NCBI GenBank assembly: GCA_003344405.1
Contig: NOWV01000129.1
Coordinates: 124,001-188,000, forward strand
Reading direction: 5' to 3'
Length of the DNA stretch: 64,000 nt
Origin: Trichoplax sp. H2
Lineage: Eukaryota
Shown: one piece after another, positions 1 to 10,568 of the stretch
Numbering within the stretch: position 1 is the first letter of the stretch
How the letters are laid out: each line of letters starts with the position of its first letter
The notes under the pieces: generated by a model
Told to the model about the DNA's origin: nothing
Seen by the model: only the letters and a program-made list of their open reading frames with translations
The model's database searches: none
Made by a program: the position numbers and the translations under genes

Positions 1-559
1 ATTCATTTCTTAAATAATAATCATCTAGCTCTCAAAAAGTCACTAGTGGTACTGCCGACAATGTCAATAATACCATTGCATGCTTTCAAATTGTTTTTTT
101 AAAGATCCATTTCCGACGAAGACGAGATCATCAAAAATGCAAGTCAATAATCGTTCAACAATGTTTCTTCCTTGACTAATGTAATTTGTAACTGAATAAG
201 ATTTATTACAAAATGTTTTATGTTCATAAAAAATTTAATTTCGTCTTCAAGCTGATCTTAAAGGGTGAAATAAATATGAAAAGTAAGAGTTATCAGATAT
301 GGCCAAAGTCGAACGATTGGCCATACCTACCATTCGCATGTTAAAAATAATAAGAAAATGTGGCTATTTATGATCTGTCCAATAAATCTTTCAGCTTATA
401 TAAACTTATAGCAAGAGTAATTGTGGAAGTAGTCCTACATTCCGTCAATGTTGTATGGAGATTGTTACTGGCTAACTTGACTAAAAGGATCCTTTTAGTG
501 GTAACCGTTTTACGACACAAGTAGTAGTACCGTATGGATATCTGTTATGTTATGAACCT

Positions 560-1560
560 ATTGAGTACATTCCTTGTTCGCTTGTTTCCGATGTGAATTC
601 AACGATAGTAAGTCAGAGTCGACGTGGTATAGGTTATGTAGATTGTGAAAACTACCTTGCATGGTATCTAATTTTATCACACAAATAAGGATGTGTACGT
701 CTTGGATGACAACATTAGTCGGTATCTTCTTCTGAATGTGTCTCTCTTTTATGACAACATTAGTCGGTATCTTCTTCTTAATGTGTACCTCTTTAGTGAC
801 AACATTAGTCGGCATCTTCTTCTTAATGTGTACCTCTTTTATAACAACATTAGTCGATGTCTTCTTCATGTGTACCTCATCCATGACAATACTAATCGAT
901 ATCTTCTTGTTCGTTTGTTTCGAATGTAGGTTGAATTACAGCAAGGAACCATGTTCCATACCGTCCTTTCGATTTTAATATCTAGTACTGTACAGGGCTG
1001 ATTTTAAACTGGTTTATTGCAGATGTTATCAAGGGCCAACTTGAACTACATGGATGTTACCGTAAGTCTTTTGTAACTGAGCTTGTTTTGGACGTGAATT
1101 GCAGCAAGAATTCATGTTATACATAATAATTAAGATTTTGATGTTGTGTATAGTACTGATTTTAGACTCATTAGGCTAACTTGAGCTACATGCACGCTGA
1201 ACGAATGGTGTCCCATTTCATAACCAGTAAAATGATATGTCTATCAACTATGACTTCATCAATCGATATCCTCTTAGCTTGTTTTAAACATGATTGGAAT
1301 TGTAGCAAGAATCTATACTACATTCAATACTCAACCTGTTAATGGCATAGACATGATTGATTTAGACATAGGGAATGATATGGCCTATTAACTATGACTC
1401 CATGAATCGATATCTTCTTTAGCTTGTTTTGGACGTGATTTGAGTTGCTGCAAGAGTCTAGTTGTCTATTCAAATGTAGAATGTTGATGGCATTTCCCGG
1501 AGTGATTTTAGACTCGTTTATAGAGGATATTTGTCATGGGTTAACTTAAACCACATGAGT
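560..1560. repeat. Degenerate tandem array (~5 diverged ~170-180 bp units) containing a nested 45-bp minisatellite
   Basis: Motifs TCGATATCTTCTT..GCTTGTTT, TGATTTTAGACT and AACTTGAACTACATG recur near 570, 900, 1080, 1262 and 1407. Confidence 0.7.
691..910. repeat. 45-bp minisatellite, ~5 copies
   Basis: Unit ATGTGTACCTCTTT..TGACAACATTAGTCGGTATCTTCTTCTTA repeats at 691, 736, 781, 826 and ~869. It explains the repetitive ORFs 558..884, 693..929 and 736..978. Confidence 0.95.
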
Positions 1561-2512
1561 GCTATCATTATTTCATTCTAAAATTTATGCTATGTCCATG
1601 TTGGATATCCATTCAGATAGAGTCGATGTTGTCTACGACACTGGCGACTTTTGTCAACTACGTCTTACCATGTTGACGATATTGGTCATTGGGCAAGATG
1701 TCACTCTGTCTATTTTCTCGTGATACTGTATATCGAATCTACTTCATAAGGAATCCTAGCCTATTTTACGTTTATTTGGAGTGATGTTGATTTTTTTCTC
1801 CATTCTGTTACGACATCGATTGATTAATTCAAGTCAAATACCGTGAGGGATGGACTATCGGGTATTTCCAGTATTTACTCGTCTATGAAATGGTATACAA
1901 TGTGGGCAAGTATGGATTCTACTAGGGCTAAGTGAACTTTTCAATCATTCATCCTGGTGCATGATGACATTGATGATTACGTTTCATTTTCTTCTTATTT
2001 ATGGCCATAACGATCATTTTATACAAGTTTGAACGGTATCCTTGTCGATTTTACTCCTCTTTGACTAGTGGATTGCCTTGTTTCTATTCAGTGAAAGTGC
2101 AATTTTTTTTGTTTTTCATTGGGCTCAATGAATTGATCCACTGAAAGGATCGAGAATGTTGGTCAAGTGTAACTTCATAGACTGTCTACTTAGTACTATT
2201 TCATTGCATTACTTTGCTAGGGACTCATGGCTCTATTAGTACAAGGTTTTGAAGGTGTTTTCATGCTGGGAGAACAGAATAGACAGGAGAGAAATGGAAG
2301 TGAGTATTGAATGAAATCAAGTCTGTAAACATGGTGCGTCCGACTTAGTAAGGGGTTTTTACTCATTCATCGACCTGACTACCATCCTTTCTCATGCACT
2401 TAACTAACAAAATAAGTAGACTTTATTCCACATGCAACAACAGTCAAGATCGCTCTTGATCCTGCAGGTCAATAAGATGAAAATAGCCATGGATTAACAT
2501 TGCAATAGCTAC

Positions 2513-2554
2513 CTTTTCTTGTCCAGAAGGTGGTTCTTTGCCTGCATCCGCCAT
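2513..2554 (-). CDS. Probable first coding exon of an unidentified gene running leftwards (MADAGKEPPSGQEK)
   Basis: ATG in strong context (gccatcATGGCG), 14 codons, then AAG|GTAGCT donor. It lies just downstream of a GTAC tract, as the other housekeeping starts do. Downstream exons could not be assigned reliably (a possible one lies at ~75-190). Confidence 0.5.
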
Positions 2555-2659
2555 GATGGCTGGTGTCCAGTGCTGTACCTGTCATGCAATTCGACTGACA
2601 CTCCAGTACTGAGTGACTCGCGTTCGCTTCACTTCGCTAGGCACAACAATCATCCTGCT

Positions 2660-2795
2660 GGTACCGTACCGTACTGTACAATGCACTCTGTCATTTGTGT
2701 ACTGTACACTGTACTGTACTGTACAGTACAGTGTACAGTATGACGTCTACACGTTAATATACTGTACAGTACAGTACTGTACACTGTATGTACAG
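2660..2795. repeat. Palindromic GTAC-rich tract (CTGTA/TACAG units) in divergent promoter region
   Basis: Contains the perfect 20-bp palindrome ACTGTACTGTACAGTACAGT at 2713-2732 and many GTAC/TGTACA sites. Confidence 0.9.
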
Positions 2796-3505
2796 TCCAG
2801 TAATAATGCACTGGAGTGACCACCGCGGTGGGTGTGAGCCCTGCAAATTCCAACGCGTCAACGTGGTAGAATGATGTCACAGTCGACAGTCGGCCGCAGA
2901 TGCTTGACAATGAAGAGACATGACAAGTCCTAGCTACCGTACCGTCCGTAAATATGCAGTATCTGACTGTCTGCTGCCGTCTTGATCAAAAGCGATGTCA
3001 TCCCTATCAACATAACCAATGTGATAGTAAACAGGATGGTCGGGCCAGGGAAGCAAGCCAGTGTATGACATTCTTTTTACGCACTATCACTCATTCTATC
3101 AGGGAATTGGCTAGCAACATGGAGCATCACTAGCAAAAATAATGTCGTAATACGGCCTACAAATTAAACTAGCAAAATCGCTATGGGTGACATCATTTTT
3201 GTACTGATAGGAGGCACAAGAGTACCAGTACTGTAACCGTCCCAGACTGCATGTCACATGATCGTACCCGTCACCACAGCTTGGTTGACGTCCAGTTGAG
3301 TTGAGCCTCCTCTGATATCCTTGGTAACTGGACGCCATTTTTGCTCCTTGTTCAATGTCTTGCAACTATTGCTGGAAAAAAAAACACTCTTGGTTAGCGC
3401 TATAGACGACCGTTCAAGACTTCATAAAGCTGTAGAAAACAGATAGTTCAATCAATTTAGTGAAGAACATCAAGTTAAGCTTGTAGTGGAGTTGGTGGTG
3501 CAGTT

Positions 3506-5944
3506 ATGGCCATTTATGATTTTTACATTTTCCATCGAGAAGGTACTTGCATCTATTACTGCCAATGGCACGGCAAGAAACCGCCATCGCCGTCGGTGAC
3601 AGAGGTAAATGCAGTATGGATAATGTAATATTGATGCTTTAGCCTCTAGTTGAACTCTTCAGCCATAGCGAGTTGGTGATAAGACACGTCAGATCAGCGA
3701 CATACTAAATACGAAGAGCAAATGCATTGGCCAACTTTTGACACCGTTAGACGTATTACTATAAAAGTGTCGCTTAGCATGTTCTACTAGGAGTACAGTA
3801 ATAAGATGATTGGAAAACGACTAACGCTAGAACAACTGGTAGTGAGTGGAAGGGAATGATAGAAAGCAATCTACTGTACTGTGTTGGGCAAGATTTTCAA
3901 CATTTACCCTGCCTTTCCCAGCCAGATAAAGTCTTTTACTGCTATTGCCTGGCCGGTAGAAAATACTTTAAAATAAAATAAAGAAAATGAACCGAGATAC
4001 TGTAAGTGGTACATCGACCATACTGCAAAGACTCCTACAGTATGCCTACTCATATACAACATTGTATAGAAATTGTATATTGTAGCTACTTTGAAATCGA
4101 GAATGATCACATCAGATTGGTCTAGTTCCACAGATTGCAGTGGAGTAGAAATCATTTCTCTAGTTTTTCTGGGGGGTTTCTAAGGGTACTGTGGCTACAT
4201 TTAGGAAGACGCATCTGCAGCCTTAGAAGAACGGCAAATCGAAAATATTGGGATCTACATGGAGAAGACATACTTGTACACTTGAACTAGCCAAGATTGC
4301 GTTTTACATAGTAAATTATAGTGTAGCTACTAGTTCCACAGATTACCAATGGAGTACAGTAGAGATTATTTCTCTAGTTCCTCTAAAAGGTCTGTAGAGT
4401 ACAGTAGCTACATTCAGGAATGACGTATTTGCAGTCACAGGAGAAGAACAAAATCCAAATGTTAGAATCGACATTGAGAAGACATACTGTACAACTGCTA
4501 CATTTGACGAGGCAAGATCACATTTTGGATAGTGAATTATGTTGTAGCTACAGTTATAAGATAACAATAAAGTGGATCAACAATCAAGTTCGATGGCTAA
4601 TCGACCACATCGGATTCGTCTACTTTCACAGATTGCGAATGGAGTACAGTAGCCACATTTAGGAAAACGCATCTGTAGTCACAGGAGACAGGAATTTCAA
4701 ATGTAGGGATCGACGCAGAGAAGATGTACTGTATCACTCTGACACTTGAACTAAGCAAGATCGTATTTTAGATGGTCAATTGTATTGTAGTTGTCTGTCT
4801 CCTTAAAATCGAGCGACTACATCATCTACATTATCACAGATTGAAAATAGAGCACTGTAGCTATAATGCAAACCTACAGTCACAAGACACGAATTGATAA
4901 TATCGTCAAAATCAATAAAACAATCAATCACCAGTGTCACGACAATACGGCAATATAGAATAGATAAACTTTAATGTCAAATTGGCTAAGCTATGGCCTT
5001 GAAAGATAATTATTATAAAACTACTGTGCATACAGTCTCTGCTTTCTCATCTGCATTGCTCAATCGAATGCATTTCAGGAGCATCCTGAAACAATTGAAA
5101 TAAAATTCACATTATTAAATTTTACATCTTTCTTCAACAGCATAATTGCAAGCTGATGTATGGTTTACTCTACTCACTGAAATCATTCGTACTTCGAATC
5201 TCACCCACGGATGGGTAAGTTAGTGCTACTTATTCCTCGATCGATAAAAGATACTCGTGTACATATATATATACAGTACTGTAGTACTAGAATTTGTTAT
5301 ATCTACCTGAAATATAACGGTACTATTGTAATAGTCACTGTAAATTAAAAAAAAATTCAGCTACTTTGTAGCATAACAAAATTAAGGAAAACCAATTTCC
5401 ATGTTAACACATTAAACTTTGATGTGTATGTAATTGAAATATTTTTCATTAGTATAGCAACTAGACGAAAAAATAGAATCACCTTTATTTGTGTGCATTT
5501 TAATTCTTACATCATTTAGCAAGGATCAATTTTCCAGTTACCGGACTAGTAAATATAAGTTAAATTATTATGAAACTCCAAGTGGAATAAAGTTTGTCAT
5601 GACTACCGATTTGGGTGTTGGTAATATTAAAGATATTATGAAAAGTATATACAGAAAGGTAAATCAATTATACAATTGAATAAACATATTAACTTCAGAA
5701 TAAATATAGAATAGGATAAACTACCATTCCTAAGTGATAGATCTGGATACGTAATGCCATTTGGCTATGTCCTATATATTATACATAATAGCTGAATTTT
5801 GTTTCTCTCTTGTTTTAGATTTATGTGGAATATCTAGTCAAGAATCCATTTATTGATGTATCAAAGCCGGTTTCTAGTGAATTATTTGTTTCTAAACTAG
5901 ATGCTTATGTAAAAGAATTACCCTTTTTTGAACCCAAACAATGA
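3506..5944 (+). CDS. TRAPPC1: Trafficking protein particle complex subunit 1 (Bet5); 4 exons: 3506-3604, 5141-5214, 5520-5658, 5819-5944
   Basis: Spliced product MAIYDFYIFHREGTCIYYCQW...KLMYGLLYSLKSFV...YRTSKYKLNYYETPSGIKFVMTTD...IYVEYLVKNP...SELFVSKLDAYVKELPFF matches TRAPPC1 motifs. All introns GT-AG with consistent phases. Confidence 0.96.
3935..4870. repeat. Degenerate ~215-250 bp tandem repeats (~4 copies) in TRAPPC1 intron 1
   Basis: Motifs GTAGCTACATTTAGGAA..CGCATCTG, GAGAAGACATACT, GCAAGATC..TTTT and TCCACAGATTG recur near 4190, 4405, 4650 and 4860. Confidence 0.8.
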
Positions 5945-6496
5945 AATTGGCCTCTACAGTAGTGGTTTGAGAGTAGCATCAATTTAATGATATTGCAATA
6001 TATCTTTGAGAGAGAAAAGAGGATAGACTCCAATAATACTATGTACTGTATCACACTATGTATCTGCTCTAGGACGCTATCCATTTTTGGTGTATTAAAT
6101 TGGAATTACTACTTTGAAGCCTTGTAGACGCATACAGTATTTGAGCACTAAAGTGATTTATTCCAAGCTTGTTACAATAATTGTCGTAGTAGAAAGATTG
6201 GTAATTTGAATGTGCACATTGCTGTGTTTTTAATGGATAGAATGGGACTGATCAAGTGGGTATACATTGTATTAGCATGTTCAATGGTGTTGTATAGTTA
6301 TCTGATGAATGCATCAACAACACAAATGCTTGTGTGTGCGTTCAGTAAGCTGTTTACTGTGAAAAACCTTCATTTTTAATTTTGTACAGTATAGTAAAAT
6401 GAATATACTAAGTTAAGATACGAAAATTGTTTGTTATGATGTTTTACGTGGAATATAAGGTGTAATTTTAATTGTTTATTGATATTCACCAAACGA

Positions 6497-9400
6497 CTAG
6501 TTTGAACAATTATTATACATTGTAAAATAACATTTGGCTAATTTCAAAGCAAGTTTACACAAATTTTCCAGGGCTGTAATGAACAAAAGTAGAAATACTT
6601 TTAAGTGTAATCATACTGCGCTGGGTAGCTTAAAATAAGTATGAATTAATTATATGATGTTCTGTTGATACTTTTTTACAATAAAGTATACTATCAGATA
6701 AGGTAAATAAAATCTTGACATAGTCTATGTACAGTTGAATTTGTCATTACGATAAAACGTGGTTTCAATCCGGCTTGCTAATCTGATGGCACAGTTGCCT
6801 TGATTGCAAAAGACAGAGTGCTAGAAATCATAAATTAAAATTAGCTACTGCTGTAGGGAAAACTAGGATTGCTCGTTTTGCTGTTCCAATATACGATTGG
6901 TAGATATTAGTATTCGAGCGGTCAGCATTGGGCAGTTACAAAAGTAAATTTCTTCCAATAAATGAGGCGGTAATCGAGAAACATCCAATTGGCTGTTATC
7001 AAAACAAGGTGTATACAGATATTCCTCGGTTGTTTTATTGTATCTTACGGTGAATTCCAGTCCTAAATTGATAAATGAAGTAATAGAATAATTTTAAAAT
7101 TATTTTATAAATTATCTTTTACGATCTGATGGCTGTATTATGCATAGTTATCATATGGGTACAACTTCAATGCTAACATACTGCTTTGACAGGATTTATT
7201 TTACTTTGATGGATTTTATTGTCAAACCTTTTAAATCTTGTGATCGAATTTTGAATACTTCTTTGTCCTTATTAACACTACTAAGGGGTAAGGGCTCAAT
7301 ATCTAATCGATTAAACTTTTGATATGCTTTGATAGTCATCGCTTGTTCTTCGATAACGTGCTAAATAAAAATTGTTGATTTTTAATTTATATCTCATCAA
7401 AGTATGGTACCCTTGCTATTTCTAGACAACAAGGATAAGCGTACAAAGATAGGATATTGATTGATTTTATTCTTTCATTCTCACCCTCATCGCTTCAGTG
7501 TCAGGGCTTTCAATTCTACTGTTGCGCAAGTTGTTTAACCTTTCTCTAGCTTTATTTAATTGGTGCTGCAATTTCTTATTTTCATCCACTACAGTTTGCA
7601 TTTTGCTATGGTGACACTTGAAGTTCATTTCAGTTATGATATGCAACCGATGCAGGTGATCATTTAAGAAATTGTATCTTGTTAGCTAGTCCATTTAGTA
7701 TCCAGTATTTAACATACACGTATTAACGTCGCTTATTTCTATTCATGGTAGATGGATTATTACACTGGGTACCGATAACTTACCTCTAACGCGTCTGTTT
7801 GTGAATGATTCTGTTGATCATTATTATGCGCGTTGTCTCGGCTATCTTTTACACCTTGTAATTGCTTTTGCAGGTCTTGCTTTTCATCGATGATACTTTG
7901 TAATTTTTTTCGATATAATTCGATTTTTTCATCAGATACTGTAATAAGCAAAGATTGACTTTCAATTTAATTTGATTCTTTATTATACATTGTGGTATTG
8001 GATCACTAGATTAGATGCGTGTCTACATCTGCGATAGAATACATCTTAATGGAAGTAATTGATGTACAGGATTAGGAAATCCTTTTTTGTTCAGTTCAGT
8101 TCAGTTTGAATATACCTATATACTTATGTACTACTATCCTTTCTGCTACTGCAGTTGATCATTTTTATTTACGATAATAAACACAATATATCAAGTGTGC
8201 TGTATCATATGGCATGAAAGTTTCAACTCAGATCAACATCACCATGATATGACAATTTTCATATCAACATCGTGTGTAAGACAGGAAAAATAAATACTCA
8301 ATACTGCACTTACCTCGACAACGTTCTTGACAATCTAACTCTAATTGATGATAGCGTCGTTCGGGTTCAGTCTCTCTGGTTTCTAAAAGTTTTTCGAATA
8401 ATGCGCGGAAAGTATTTTCATCGGAAGGAATGGATTGATTTTCCTATTAGGTAGAGCATAACATTGCAATGGCTTATCACTTTGTAAGTACTGATTTATT
8501 TTATGCAAGGTGAAAACAGTGACGCACGTTTGACACAGTTTCAATGAGCAATATTGGATTCAAAGGTTCAAAAATGGTTGTATTCCATTTGTACACGTAT
8601 TGATCGTACATTGCATAGACAAATGTGGGATCAAGTGCATTACGACGGAAAAGAGTTACTAGTTTGGGGTATTTTCTCATCTAGTATAAGGCCTTGTATT
8701 AGAATCCTGTTAGTAGGGTTTTGATTGGATACACTTAGGACATAGATGTATTGGTAGTCGTATGACAAGATTACTAATAACATAAGGGCATAGGTTATTC
8801 AATATACAGTACTGTAATGGCAGTGGTACGATGAAATGACTAATGATGTAACAAGAACGACATTGATTGATGTACTGTTTTTTATTTCAGGGATAGATGG
8901 ATTGATGGAAAGCTACGTTCAAAATCAAGATATCATCTTGGTGGTTACAAGTAGGCTTTTCACTTTTATTGCAGAGTGATTTCAAATGAACTCTGTATTG
9001 TGATGATGTAGCGAACAATTTGGACAAGTCTGTCTACTGGTCAAGCGATGCATTGATTCAATAAACAACAATATTGTAAGCATTCATTGGCGTCCTACGT
9101 TGTTGATGGAGGCGATTGGATGATTGATGAATAAGCGAAAGACTATACTGTACGATGAAAAGAAGAGATGATGTTGATCGTTATTGTAGGCTGTGATGTG
9201 TGTTACAGAGTGATTTAAAATTGGAATGATGTATCAGGAATAGCCTAGGACAAGACTTTCTACTATGATGAATGGATGCATCCACTGTGTATTTTTCTAC
9301 ACGATCGTGAGGGAGTTTTGGACTGGGACAGGAAACTGCAGTACTATCAAGGCAACGAAACGTAGGACGAATACTCCAAGTTATTTGAAGCGTATTTCCC

Positions 9401-9529
9401 ACTGACCTTGGTCGACTTTGAAGTTTTCCTTGATTGATGTCTATTTCTTCTTGCCATTGGTGAATTTTCATGACTGGAGTCGAGAGGACGCTTGATCCTA
9501 GTATACCTCCTCGAGCTGCTGGTGGCCAT
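6497..9529 (-). CDS. Csm1/Pcs1-like (monopolin) kinetochore protein, coiled coil + RWD domain; exons ~9529-9407, 8443-8314, 7938-7784, ~7616-7485, 7360-7228, 7062-6940, 6573-6497
   Basis: Basic disordered N-terminus, then LLETRETEPERRYHQLELDCQERCRVSDEKIELYRKKL coiled coil, then IKAYQKFNRLDI..EVFKIRSQD..GLEFTVRY..EYLYTP..SRLPPHLLEEIYFSLENLCKLALKLAK. The last part resembles the Csm1 C-terminal signature as I recall it (IYAP..SKLPEYLFETLSFPLSSLNQFYNKIAK). The exon 3/4 junction is ambiguous (two phase-compatible solutions). Confidence 0.8.
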
Positions 9530-9594
9530 TTTAACAATTTGAATAATTTTGAATTTGACCGCTACCGTTAAAAGTTCCACAATAAATAGAAATG

Positions 9595-9970
9595 CTGCTG
9601 TACAGTGTACAGTACACTAGGGGACTGAGCTTACGATACATTGTACTGTACCTGCAGACCGTGCTAGTACAGTATGCACATTACTGTACAGTACTGTACT
9701 GTGCTGTACAGTACAGTACAGCATTTTTGAAGGATAAATACTGTACTGCAACCACTGTACACTGTACGAGACTGCAACAGAGGGTCGAGACAGACAGGCG
9801 CATAGTACAGTCGACGATGTACTGTACATTGTACTGTACACTGTATACAGTAGTACTGTACAGTACAGTACAAGGATTGTAGGCGTGCTTGTACTGTACT
9901 GTACAGTGTACGTACAGTATGTAGACTACAGTGTACAGTACACTACACTGTACATTGTAATGACAGTGCT
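9595..9970. repeat. Largest GTAC-rich palindromic tract, in the Csm1-like/WWOX divergent promoter
   Basis: Dense CTGTA/TACAG/GTACA units, e.g. palindrome GTACTGTACAGTAC at 9853-9866. It begins ~65 bp upstream of the Csm1-like ATG. Confidence 0.92.
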
Positions 9971-10044
9971 GCAAAATGGCGATTTGAAGGGAAACAACAG
10001 TCGTACCTTCTTCTGCAATGATTTCAAATCTGCAGGATACTGAC

Positions 10045-10170
10045 TGAATTCTAGTTTGAAAATTGCATCGATTGCTCCTTCATCTATCTTTTTATATCAA
10101 ATGACAGTGAATTCTAGTTTGAAAATTGCATCGATTGCTCCTTCATCTATCTTTTTATATCAAATGACAG
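10045..10170. repeat. Perfect 63-bp tandem duplication
   Basis: TGAATTCTAGTTTGAAAATTGCATCG...TATATCAAATGACAG occurs at 10045-10107 and 10108-10170. Confidence 0.97.
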
Positions 10171-10568
10171 GCAAATTTGACAGCTTGACTACAATTTAGA
10201 GCGCCTTACACCACTCCAATAACAACCGCCTCACACTCGTACACTACCGTACAGTCTACAGTCTACAGTATTTTGTGGCCAATGTGGACTGTACTAACGT
10301 ATCCAGCAACAGGATACGACTGGTCTGTCATAGACTCACGGTCGCCATCGCCATACCAATGCCTTGTACCTGGCCTGTTCCTTCAGCCAGTTGGTTGAAA
10401 AGTCAGTCCATCCGTCTAGGAGAAAGTAGGCACTACTTCGTCAACAGCATCCATTCAAAATGGCCAAGTAGGCAAAGTCGACACAATTCATTGCTTTTAC
10501 TCATCATCATCATCTGCCACAGTATCGCCATTCATTGATCATCTTCATCACAAGTAGGAGGACCAACG

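Noticed and set aside
558-978. Repetitive ORFs (e.g. KKKIPTNVVIKEVHI repeats)
   Set aside because: They arise from a 45-bp minisatellite open in several frames on both strands; there is no splice or homology support.
3111-3365. Minus-strand ORF containing MASSYQGYQRR with good ATG context
   Set aside because: No recognisable homology or confident exon chain. The ATG may simply be a YY1-like motif in the TRAPPC1 promoter, although an upstream exon of the left gene is not excluded.
6760-6820. Alternative last exon for the Csm1-like gene (SLCLLQSRQLCHQISKPD*)
   Set aside because: Phase-compatible but lacks the expected terminal helix; exon 6573-6497 has a stronger acceptor and fits the Csm1 pattern.
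9592-9974. Overlapping Cys/Thr/Val/Gln/Tyr-rich ORFs (also 2519-2910)
   Set aside because: Translations of the GTAC palindromic tracts, which rarely contain stop codons.
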